64,000 nucleotides of DNA from a virus. The translations under genes and the position numbers were made by a program. Location: the IMG/VR virus record IMGVR_UViG_3300017710_002137, positions 1-64,000 of that record. One strand, written 5' to 3'. This document shows positions 8,944 to 18,900 of the stretch, in pieces; the stretch's first letter is position 1; each line of letters begins with the position of its first letter. The notes below the pieces were generated by a model. It saw only the letters and a list, made by a program, of their open reading frames with translations. It was not told the origin of the DNA and did not search any database.

Positions 8944-10956
8944 ATGGCATTAAATTCAGCAAATTTTAAAAGTAATCAAGGAAGAGATATAAAGTATCTT
9001 AGTAAAGATTTTGCCTCCTTTAGAAAAAACTTAGTAGAGTACTCTAAAACCTATTTCCCTAAAACGTATTCTGATTTTAATGAATCATCACCTGGTATGA
9101 TGTTTATTGAAATGGCATCTTATCTTGGGGATATATTATCTTACTATACAGATGATTCATTAAAAGAATCATTAATGTTATATGCAGAAGATAAACAAAA
9201 TGTAATAGCATTAGCTAACTACCTCGGATATAAACCAAAAGTTACTGCACCTGCTATTGTACAACTATCCGTTTACCAACTTGCACCTGCAGTGGGTAGT
9301 GGAGAAGATAACAGACCTGATTCTGATTACTACCTTAGAATTAAACAAGGTATGGTTATAGAATCATCCAAAACAAGTGTAAGATTTAGAACAACAGAAC
9401 TCGTTGATTTTAATGATGCAACAGATAGAGAGATAACGGTCTATACTGATGATGGTGGAGAACCAACTCAGTATCTTATAAAAAAATATGTTAAAGCAGT
9501 ATCAGGAGAACTTAAAACTGTAAATGTTGATTTTGGTTCACCAGAACAATTTTCATCAATTAATATTGCAGATAAAAATGTAATTGATATCTATGATGTT
9601 AGGGATACTAATGGTGGTAAGTGGTATGAAGTTCCATATCTTGCTCAAGAAATGGTTTATGTTGATTATCCTGTATCAGAACAAACTGATAAAGATTTAG
9701 CACAATTTAAAGATTCTGTATCTAATGTACTTAGAGTATTAAAAACTTCAAAAAGATTTGTTAAAAAGATAAATCAAGATAATAGTACTAGCATTGTATT
9801 TGGTGGTGGTAATTCAACCAATGATGAACAATTAGTTCCAAACTTAAAAAATGTAGGATTGGGATTAAATTCCTCTATTGATAAAATGAGTTCAGCGTAT
9901 GACCCCGCTAACTTTTTGAAAACTACATCATATGGACAGGCCCCATCTAATACAACTATGAGTGTATCTTACTTAGTAGGTGGTGGTGTTGAATCAAATG
10001 TTGGTAAGGGTGAATTAACTTCAATTAAAAGAATTGAGTTTGATGATGATACCAAAACTTTTGCACAAAACGAAACAACTCTTTATAACAAAATGAAATC
10101 ATCAGTAGCGGTTGATAATGAAATACCTGCAACTGGTGGTAGAGGTGAGGAAACGATTGATGAAATCAGAGAAAACGCACTTGCAAACTTTGGTTCACAA
10201 AACAGAGCGGTAACTCGTAAAGATTATCAAGTGAGAGCTCTTTCTCTTCCACCAAAGTATGGTGGTATTGCAAAAGCATTTTGTTCACCAGATGGTCAAT
10301 TAGATAATAACTCACCTGCTTCACTTTTAAAAGATACAGAATCACTTGATGAGTTTGTTGGGTTGATTAATGATATGAAGGGTAAAGACCTATCTGACCA
10401 AGAAATGAGAGATGAGGTTCGTAGGATTTTAAAAACTAAAAAGGGAACAACCAATGAGGTTAATAATCCTTTTGCCATAAATTTATACATTCTTGGATAT
10501 AATTCAAACAAGAACTTAAGTATTCTTAATAGAGCGGTAAAGGAGAATTTAAAAACTTATATTGGTGAATATAGAATGTTAACAGATGGTATTAATATTA
10601 TTGATGGGTTTGTTATTAACATTGGTTTAGATTTTGAAATCAGAGTTTATGGTGGATATAATAAAAGAGAAGTTCTTACAAAATGTATAACAGAATTAAA
10701 AGAATATTTCGATATAGATAATTGGACGTTTAATATGCCTATTAATATTTCAGAAGTTGAAATCTTAATTGCAGGTGTTGAGGGAGTTCAATCAGTACCA
10801 AAATGTGAAGTATTCAACAAGTGTTTAGGAAACTACTCAGAACACTCTTATGATATTAAAGCGGCAACTAAAGGTAAGATGGTATATCCATCAGTAGACC
10901 CTTCAGTATTCGAGGTTAAATTTCCTAATAAGGATTTAAAAGGGAGGGTAGTATAA
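8944..10956 (+). CDS. Baseplate wedge subunit, T4 gp6/baseplate-J family
   Basis: KDFASFR, SDFNESSPGMM, LGYKP, YLVGGG, ATGGRGEETIDEIR and QNRAVTRKDY motifs; follows gp25. Confidence 0.88.
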   Translation: MALNSANFKSNQGRDIKYLSKDFASFRKNLVEYSKTYFPKTYSDFNESSPGMMFIEMASYLGDILSYYTDDSLKESLMLYAEDKQNVIALANYLGYKPKVTAPAIVQLSVYQLAPAVGSGEDNRPDSDYYLRIKQGMVIESSKTSVRFRTTELVDFNDATDREITVYTDDGGEPTQYLIKKYVKAVSGELKTVNVDFGSPEQFSSINIADKNVIDIYDVRDTNGGKWYEVPYLAQEMVYVDYPVSEQTDKDLAQFKDSVSNVLRVLKTSKRFVKKINQDNSTSIVFGGGNSTNDEQLVPNLKNVGLGLNSSIDKMSSAYDPANFLKTTSYGQAPSNTTMSVSYLVGGGVESNVGKGELTSIKRIEFDDDTKTFAQNETTLYNKMKSSVAVDNEIPATGGRGEETIDEIRENALANFGSQNRAVTRKDYQVRALSLPPKYGGIAKAFCSPDGQLDNNSPASLLKDTESLDEFVGLINDMKGKDLSDQEMRDEVRRILKTKKGTTNEVNNPFAINLYILGYNSNKNLSILNRAVKENLKTYIGEYRMLTDGINIIDGFVINIGLDFEIRVYGGYNKREVLTKCITELKEYFDIDNWTFNMPINISEVEILIAGVEGVQSVPKCEVFNKCLGNYSEHSYDIKAATKGKMVYPSVDPSVFEVKFPNKDLKGRVV

Positions 10957-12023
10957 TGTATCATTTCGTAACATCATCAAAAGACTCAACAATATTTTTA
11001 CAACAACCTACTCAAAATACAGGTTTAGATGAAATATTAGAAGTATCTAAAACATATTATGGAAACTTAAAAGATACTGCTCGTTCTCTTATCAAGTTTA
11101 ACACCACTCCATTATCACAATCCATAGCAAGTGGTGAAGTAACAATGAGTTCTGCTCACCTATTATTAAAAGAGTGTGATGCTATTGAGATTCCATTAGA
11201 TTATACAATCTATGCATATCCTATTTCTCAATCTTGGGAAATGGGAATCGGTACTCGTTTTGATAACATCACAACAGATGGTGTTAGTTGGGAAAATAGA
11301 GGAACTCAATCTGATAGTTGGTTGGGTGATGGTTCTTACTTAGCAGGAACAACTGGTTCATTTAATGGTAAAGGAGGAACATGGTACACTGGTTCAGCCG
11401 CATCACAATCATTCTCATATCAAACTGAAGATATTGAAATGAATGTATTAGGAGCTATGAATACATGGATTGGTGGTACACTTCCAAACGAAGGTTTTAT
11501 AATTAAACATTCTAATTCTAAAGAATCAGATACATCTGATTATGGTCAATTAAAATTCTTTGGAAAAGAAACTTCTACAATATACCAACCAAAACTTAGA
11601 ATAGGTTGGGATGATTCATCTTTCTCGACAGGTTCATTAACTGAACTAACCGCAGATGATATCCATGTAACATTTAAAAGATTAAAAGTAAGATACAAGA
11701 GAGGAAGTAAACCAACCATACGAGTATTTGGTAGAGAAAGATATCCTTTAAAATCTTATTCAAACACATATGCATATAATGATGTGAAGTATTTACCATC
11801 TACAACATATTATCAAGTAAAAGATGCTATTACAGAAGAAGTAATTGTACCTTTTAATGATAACTATACAAAAGTAAGTTGTGATTCAAATGGTAATTTC
11901 TTTAAAATAGATTTAAGTAATTTTGAAATAAATAGAGATTATTACTTTGAAATCAAAGTAGATAGAAGTGGTGAAATAGATTATTTTACTGAAAAAGATT
12001 TAACATTTACGGTAGAAAAGTAA
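10956..12023 (+). CDS. Virion structural protein, DNRLRE-like domain
   Basis: DSTI..QPTQN.G, RSLIKF, SWEMG.G, NEGFIIK and YQPKLRIGWDD pattern. Confidence 0.55.
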   Translation: MYHFVTSSKDSTIFLQQPTQNTGLDEILEVSKTYYGNLKDTARSLIKFNTTPLSQSIASGEVTMSSAHLLLKECDAIEIPLDYTIYAYPISQSWEMGIGTRFDNITTDGVSWENRGTQSDSWLGDGSYLAGTTGSFNGKGGTWYTGSAASQSFSYQTEDIEMNVLGAMNTWIGGTLPNEGFIIKHSNSKESDTSDYGQLKFFGKETSTIYQPKLRIGWDDSSFSTGSLTELTADDIHVTFKRLKVRYKRGSKPTIRVFGRERYPLKSYSNTYAYNDVKYLPSTTYYQVKDAITEEVIVPFNDNYTKVSCDSNGNFFKIDLSNFEINRDYYFEIKVDRSGEIDYFTEKDLTFTVEK

Positions 12024-12024
12024 C

Positions 12025-13314
12025 ATGGGACTTAAAGATAGGTTTAGAATAGATGAGCTGGTAAAGAAAGGTTCAAACGCTATTCCTCGTGATAAACGAG
12101 GTGGTATTCGTGTGCGAAAAAAAGATGGTAAACAAGTTCCACCAGGATATTTTAAAGATTACAGAGGTAGGTTTGTACAAAAACCAATGAGACCAATTCC
12201 ATTTGGAAAAAAACCAATCAAAGGATTTGATGATACTACAAAAAGATTTAAAGCAGATTTTGTTGATAAATTACCTCCAATAAATGATTTTCATCCTGAT
12301 AGAAATTCATTTGGTGGGGAAACATCTGGTAGAATAGAAAGACCTATCTATGATGAAAATGAATTGCAGAAGGCAATTGATATTAAGGTTGATGAATTAA
12401 TAAAACCAAAAAAACAAACAAAAGGTAAGTTTGTACCATTACCAAGATACAATAAACTACTTGCACAATTTACAGGTTCTCAACAACAGATAAAGTCATT
12501 AGAATCTGATAATTCACGAGTACGTTCATCAATAAGTGGTCTTGAAGGAGAGATTCAAACATTAACGGGAACAGTAACTTCTAAAGAAGGTGAGGTAGAA
12601 CAATTAAATTTATCTCAAGAAGAATTAAATAGTAAGTATAATGAACTATTGGCAGATTTTCAATCAGCATTAATAAAAGGTACTAAGGAAGGTATTGAAA
12701 GAGCTTCTTTATCTGCACAAGTAGAAGGTTTACAGGCTCAAGTTACAACCTTACAAGCACAATTGACTGCACAACAAGATATTGTAAAATCTTTACAACA
12801 ACAAGCAGAAATACAAGCAACAGTTACAGAACAAGTTGTTGAATCAAAAGAAAAAGAAGTTGAAGCGGCCAAACAAACAAGTTTGTTAGGGATAGTTGAA
12901 GATAAAGGACAATTCCAAGTTAAGGGTACTGTTGGTTGGGCACTCCATCCATCAAGTAAAAATAGAAAACCAGAATGGGCAGCTCGATGGGATGATAGAA
13001 AAAAAGGAGCTAGGGGTAGATTATCTGGTCTTAAATATGATTGGTATAATATGGGGCCTGAACCAATTACACTTAAGGTTGATGAAACTGTTATCAAAAA
13101 GAAAAAGTGGTTAAATGGTGTTCCAAACTCACTTACTATTCCAGCAAGTCCTGATGGTGGTTCAACACCTGGTACAAAAACAGTTACTTTCAGTAGAGGT
13201 AGTATTGGTAAGGGAACTTATGAAACAGAAATAATTTGGACGAACCAAACTACAAATGAGAAATTTAAAATGAAAACTCGTTACTGGCAAGCAAGAAGTA
13301 GAAGAAAAACCTAA
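12025..13314 (+). CDS. Structural protein with basic N-terminus and long central coiled coil
   Basis: Heptad Q/E/L-rich segment at about aa 140-285; beta-rich C-terminus. Confidence 0.6.
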   Translation: MGLKDRFRIDELVKKGSNAIPRDKRGGIRVRKKDGKQVPPGYFKDYRGRFVQKPMRPIPFGKKPIKGFDDTTKRFKADFVDKLPPINDFHPDRNSFGGETSGRIERPIYDENELQKAIDIKVDELIKPKKQTKGKFVPLPRYNKLLAQFTGSQQQIKSLESDNSRVRSSISGLEGEIQTLTGTVTSKEGEVEQLNLSQEELNSKYNELLADFQSALIKGTKEGIERASLSAQVEGLQAQVTTLQAQLTAQQDIVKSLQQQAEIQATVTEQVVESKEKEVEAAKQTSLLGIVEDKGQFQVKGTVGWALHPSSKNRKPEWAARWDDRKKGARGRLSGLKYDWYNMGPEPITLKVDETVIKKKKWLNGVPNSLTIPASPDGGSTPGTKTVTFSRGSIGKGTYETEIIWTNQTTNEKFKMKTRYWQARSRRKT

Positions 13315-13320
13315 TAGATT

Positions 13321-15534
13321 ATGGCGTTAGAAACATTTAAAGAAATAGTTGAAAGAAAGGGATATCTTGTAAACAAAGAAGATAGAAAAATTTTCGAAAA
13401 GGAAATTAGAAAATCTAACTTTGGTATGGGGTATTCTGATATGATTGAATTCATACTATATGATTCAAATGATAATCAGCTGCCTCAAGGTGAAGATGCT
13501 AAACTTGTACGATATATTCATATTAATGATAAAAATATAAATGAGTATTTTTTAATTACAAGTAGTGAAGAAACTAAAAAATTTAATGATTCATCTGAGT
13601 TTATTATTGATTTAGAAAAGTTAATAAAAGAAGCTGGATATTCAAATGGTATATTTAAAACACAAGTTACATTACTAAACAGAAGAGTTGGTTCAGAAGA
13701 ATCTTCTGAAGATAAATTGTGGATACACGAAATTTCTCCATCAAGAACCGAAATACGAGTTGTTCCTCTTAAGAATACAGTAAGACCTAATAAGGATTTA
13801 GTTAAAAGATATAATCTATTTGTTGAAAATGGAAACTTTAGAGATGATACAATTTACTATGTAAGAAACTTTATAGAAGGAATTGATATATTAAATGTAG
13901 TTGATTCTTTTATAAGAAGTAAAGGAAGAATTAAAGATGGTAGAAGATATCAGAGACTAATTCAAAAAGAATTTAAAGTTGGTTCTTTTGATAAGTTATT
14001 AAACGATATTAAAGATAGGTATATAGAATCCATGAACTATTTTATTGAAGGTAGTGAATGGAATATTACATCAAATAAATATGGTAAACCAAAAGGTGAA
14101 TTAGATAAAATTGAGCTAACAGTAAGATTTATAAAATCAGTTGCAGAACAAGCTCTTAGAAACTCAATTGAATATTATTTACCAAAGAGAAGAATTCAAA
14201 ATAGTGTTGAATTAACAAGAGATGAACAAGTTACTTTTGATAAAGTAAAAAGAATTCTTAAAACAATAAAAGCAAATCAGAAGTTTGAATCTACTGTACC
14301 TGGTGAAATAGGTGGTGTTGTTCGAGGATGTACTGATAAAGAAGCATTAAATTACAATCCGAGAGCAAAAGAAAATGATGGTAGTTGTAGATATAAAGAA
14401 GCTGAAGTTGAAGCGGCGGTTGTATTAGGTTGTACTGATAAGTCTGCTGTAAACTTTAATAAATATGCAAATAAAGATGATGGAAGTTGTAAGTATCAAG
14501 AAAAGGTAGAAGATTTTGCAGATTTAGGAGGAGGTACTACCGTAGAAACAACTGATGTAGAAATAGATACAGAGGTAATTGATAATACTCCACCAATACC
14601 AGACCCGGAACCAGAATACAAATTAATTACAAAATTGTATTACATTTGGTCGGATACTGGAGCAATCAAATACAGAGATAGAAATAATGAATCGGTTGAA
14701 ACACGAGGTGTAGAATTTGATGCACATAAAATAACATATAGAGATACTGTTGCACCAAAGTTCGTAGGAGATGTTAGGGAAGTTCCAAAAATTATAAAAT
14801 CACCTCCACGAGTGATGGAATATAAAATTGTAAATAACTCAAGAAAAACAAGAGTTAAATTTCCTAACCCAAGAGTTGTCAGAAATGAAATGGACTATTT
14901 CGATGAGAGAAGAGCTCGAGGTAGAGATTATAGAAAAGGTAGACCTCTTGTAGATATAGATGGTCCAGAAGAAATTTTTACAGGTCAAGCTTTATCTTTT
15001 ACTTATAAGAATAAACTTGAACAAACAAAAACAAGTTCACAAATACAACCAGGAGATACACTTATACTATGTGCTATTGAGGATTCAATAGTTCCTGTAC
15101 CTGGATTATCAATAAACGAAGTTGGTGGATGTGGAGGTACTTATCCAAGAACTATATCCGCACCTAAACCACCTCAGAGGTGTAATGACCCTGAGGCGAT
15201 TAATTATCAATCTATTGGAAGTTGTAAATATAGACCAAAAGACCCTATTGACCCAACACCAATACCAACACCAACACCAAGACCAATCTGTAATGACCCT
15301 AAGGCTACAAATTATAGAGCTATTGGTTCTTGTGTATATCCAATACCAGACCCTGTTGTAGATGAACCGATTAAGCCGATAGTAATAACAGGAGGCAACC
15401 GCGGTGGAGGCGGAGGAGGTGGTTCTCGAATAGTAGAAGAAATACTAAATGAACTTAATAATATTCCTAACGCTTTTAGAATGGATGGAGAAGGTAGTAT
15501 TTCGAATCCATTCAGAGGTAGAAACTATTTATAA
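13321..15534 (+). CDS. Structural protein with Cys-bounded GCTD-type repeats and Pro-rich linkers
   Basis: IHEISPSRTEIRV motif; four C-x-D-x-x-A-x-N-(Y/F)...GSC repeats; PTPIPTPTP linker. Confidence 0.65.
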   Translation: MALETFKEIVERKGYLVNKEDRKIFEKEIRKSNFGMGYSDMIEFILYDSNDNQLPQGEDAKLVRYIHINDKNINEYFLITSSEETKKFNDSSEFIIDLEKLIKEAGYSNGIFKTQVTLLNRRVGSEESSEDKLWIHEISPSRTEIRVVPLKNTVRPNKDLVKRYNLFVENGNFRDDTIYYVRNFIEGIDILNVVDSFIRSKGRIKDGRRYQRLIQKEFKVGSFDKLLNDIKDRYIESMNYFIEGSEWNITSNKYGKPKGELDKIELTVRFIKSVAEQALRNSIEYYLPKRRIQNSVELTRDEQVTFDKVKRILKTIKANQKFESTVPGEIGGVVRGCTDKEALNYNPRAKENDGSCRYKEAEVEAAVVLGCTDKSAVNFNKYANKDDGSCKYQEKVEDFADLGGGTTVETTDVEIDTEVIDNTPPIPDPEPEYKLITKLYYIWSDTGAIKYRDRNNESVETRGVEFDAHKITYRDTVAPKFVGDVREVPKIIKSPPRVMEYKIVNNSRKTRVKFPNPRVVRNEMDYFDERRARGRDYRKGRPLVDIDGPEEIFTGQALSFTYKNKLEQTKTSSQIQPGDTLILCAIEDSIVPVPGLSINEVGGCGGTYPRTISAPKPPQRCNDPEAINYQSIGSCKYRPKDPIDPTPIPTPTPRPICNDPKATNYRAIGSCVYPIPDPVVDEPIKPIVITGGNRGGGGGGGSRIVEEILNELNNIPNAFRMDGEGSISNPFRGRNYL

Positions 15535-15995
15535 AATGAATATTTATATAGAGTACAAGGATAGGTAAAATGAGAAGAAGATTTGACCAAGATGATTTTA
15601 ATGATTACGAAAATAATTTCGGTAATCCGTTTGGCAATAACCCACAGGGTTTTGAGCCAGAAACCCTATCTGCGGTTACTTCACTACGAGGTGGTGGAGG
15701 TGGTGGTGGAGGAAGAGTCTCACCACCAAGAGGAGGTACAGTATCTCCAAGACCTGTACGAAGCAATCCTCCAAGGCCACCAAAAGAACCTTTTGAGGAA
15801 ATTTCACATTTACCAATAAAGCCTAAAACACCTATTTTTGTAAAACCAGATTTACCACCAATTGTAGTTAAACCAAATACAGGTACAATTAAACCAATTG
15901 AGGTAGACCCGGTAAGAGTAAAGGGTGGTTGTAAAGACCCTAAAGCGGTGAACTATGATTCAACCGCAACTTATGATAATGGTAAGTGTGTATAT
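14326..15995 (+). repeat. Five Cys-bounded peptide repeats spread over two adjacent genes
   Basis: GCTDKEALNYNPRAKENDGSC, GCTDKSAVNFNKYANKDDGSC, CNDPEAINYQSIGSC, CNDPKATNYRAIGSC and GCKDPKAVNYDSTATYDNGKC. Confidence 0.85.
15540..15548 (+). promoter_or_regulatory. Putative late promoter ATATTTATA
   Basis: Lies 21 nt before ATG 15570. Confidence 0.6.
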
Positions 15996-18900
15996 CCAAA
16001 TATAAAAATAAAACAAACTGTTAAAGATAAAAACGCACCTGTAAAAATTACGGTTGCAACTGATAGAGGACCTGCAACTGTAATGGTTGATGGTAAAGAT
16101 GTTGGTACAACAAATGGAACTGGAGAATTTCATACACTTATTTTAAACTTTACTGAAAAAGAATTATTACAAAGAAAAATAATTACAGTTAAAAAAAGTA
16201 ACTTTGCTTCAAAAGATGAGTGGAGAGTTTCTTCTGTACAACGTAGTATAACAAAAACTATTAAACCAATAATAGATACTACACCCGTTTTAAGTGGTGG
16301 TAGACCAGAATTACCTGATGTAAGTTCACCAAGACCAAGACCTTCAAGTGGAAATGTTAATCCAAGAGTTACTCCATCATCTGATGGATTCAATAGAGAT
16401 ATGGATGATTATCTTGGTAATAACAAACAATTTTTAGGTGGAACTGGATTTGGAGAATTTAATGGAAATATAGGACCATCGAGAACATCAGGTGGAAATA
16501 CCATTGGATTTGATGATATAAATTTTGGATTTGGCGGAGCTAGTTCAAATAGACGTAATAATTTTTCCACTATCAATTTTGGTGGATATGGATATGACAA
16601 TTTTGATAATTTACCTAAGTTGGGATTACCTCCAAGAGATGTTCCTGCAAGAAGTTTTATAAGAAAACCATATGGTAATATTGGTACGAGTCCTATAAAG
16701 ACATCACCTACATTAAAACCAGCTAAACTAACGTTAGGTACGATTCCATTTAACTATTATGAGATAGTATTAGAAAGAAAAGTGGATGGTAAGTGGGTAC
16801 AACAACCATCAGACTATTCTACTTTTTCAAAAACAAATGTTTCTGTAAGACCTAAATCTCACTCATTACGAGTTGGTTTTAGTTTAAGAAAAAATGTTGA
16901 GATACTCGAATCACCAAAAATTGAATCTACATATAAGGTAAGGATAATTGGAGATGTTCCAACTGATGATACTATTGTATGGAAAACTAATTATGGACAA
17001 GTTGGTTCTGTATTAGATGATGATGATATCGTAATATTTCAAATTGAACAACAAGTTGGAGACCCCGAGCCACGAATAGAATTTTATGCAAATGGTATAA
17101 CGGATTTTACACACAATGGTAGTTTCCAAATTAAATCTGGAAAAAATAATAAAGAATTTAAAGGTTTAGAAACAAGTTTTAGATTATATCCTGGTAATAA
17201 TGATATACAAGTACAGGTATTTAAAGAACCCGTATCTGAACCTCCAACTAAACCTGCTCTTAAATTAGATAGAACATCTGCTCAATTAAATATATCAGAC
17301 CCAAAGGCAATTAGAATAGGATACAAATCAGTAGATGCAGATAAAGTAATCTATACACTTGGAAAAGTTAAAAAAACTATTCCATTAAATGGTACTATTA
17401 CATTAAGTGGTAAAGACTTTCCAAACGGAGCAGGTACATATACATTATATGTTCAACCTGTATCACGAAGAGGTGGTTCTGGTGATATTGAAAAATGTAT
17501 AATTACTGCAGAAAGTAAAGCATATTTACCTGGTCCTGATATCACACATATTAATTATCCACAAGTAATTAAAGGACCTGATTTTAAAGGCATTGATGTT
17601 GATTTCAACATATCATGGCAATCGGTAAATACAAACTATATACACATATATCTTGGTAAACCTGTAAGGGAAAACTACTTGGGTAAATTTGAACCACAAG
17701 GTGTTGCTCAATTTAATATGAGAAACATTATTAAAAAGGGTAGAAGGTTTGGAGCTTTAAGAAATTCAAGAAATATAATTAATTTTCAATTACTATTAGT
17801 TCCATATAATGAAGAGGGTGATTCAAGAGCAACAGGTAAGTTTGAAACTGTTAACATAACATTTGATAAAGGTGATTTAACTCTTAGAAGAGGAAGAGTA
17901 GTTGGTGACCTTAGAACTTCATTTGTAAAACAATGGAATTCAAAAGGGTTTGATGATTTTACTTCACCATTCTTAACTCACTACTTACACCTTGGTGATG
18001 GTAATAATAAATTGATTGGTACATGGGGAATTGATGAAACAACATTTTCAGATAAGATAACAAATCCTACTACAAATCAAATAGAATATAAAAACATAGA
18101 AAAATCTATTGTTTTAAAACTATATGAACCAATACCTCGAAATGTTGGTACAAATGATAAGATATGGATATCTAAAATACAATCCATACCATTAATTGAT
18201 ACAATAACAATTACAGATGATATTGTTAGTCAATGTACACCATTAACGCCAAATTTTAATTTAGATGTTAGTGATGAAATAGGATATCAAATTCTTGATG
18301 ATTTAATTTCGAGTGGTTCTGCATCTTCAACTGATGTAATAAGTCAATTTGTATCTTCAAGTGATTTTTCTTTAGAAAATCTTAATATAGAATTCGTAAC
18401 TCAATCTTCGGTAGTAAAAGAAGTTGGGACAGGTTTATTATTAGAAAAGGCTGGTATAGAAGATTATAATTGGAAAGAATTTATAAAATACTCATCTGCA
18501 GGTGAACGAGTTGAAAACTTTTACTATAAGATTAAATTATTAGAAAATTATGAAGATAAATATAATACAGTAAATAGTCTTACATCTTCTATAGCAACAA
18601 GAAACGAAGCTAAAAAACTTCAATTTAAAATTGGAGAAGTAAAAAGAGGATTTGATGCATTTGAAAAATTCCTATATAGTAAACCAACTTCTCTTTCATA
18701 TCCTGGAGCTGGATTAAACTCAATATCTTCATCAGAAGATTCTTCAACAATTAGTTGGTTTAATGGTATTTTAAATTCTGCGAGAGATTATGATAAATAT
18801 AATACAGCAAGATTATCTTTCAATTTACCAAAACATATTAGAGATGATGAAAACAATTCTGATTTTATATTATTCTCAGATATGGTTGGACAACACTTTG

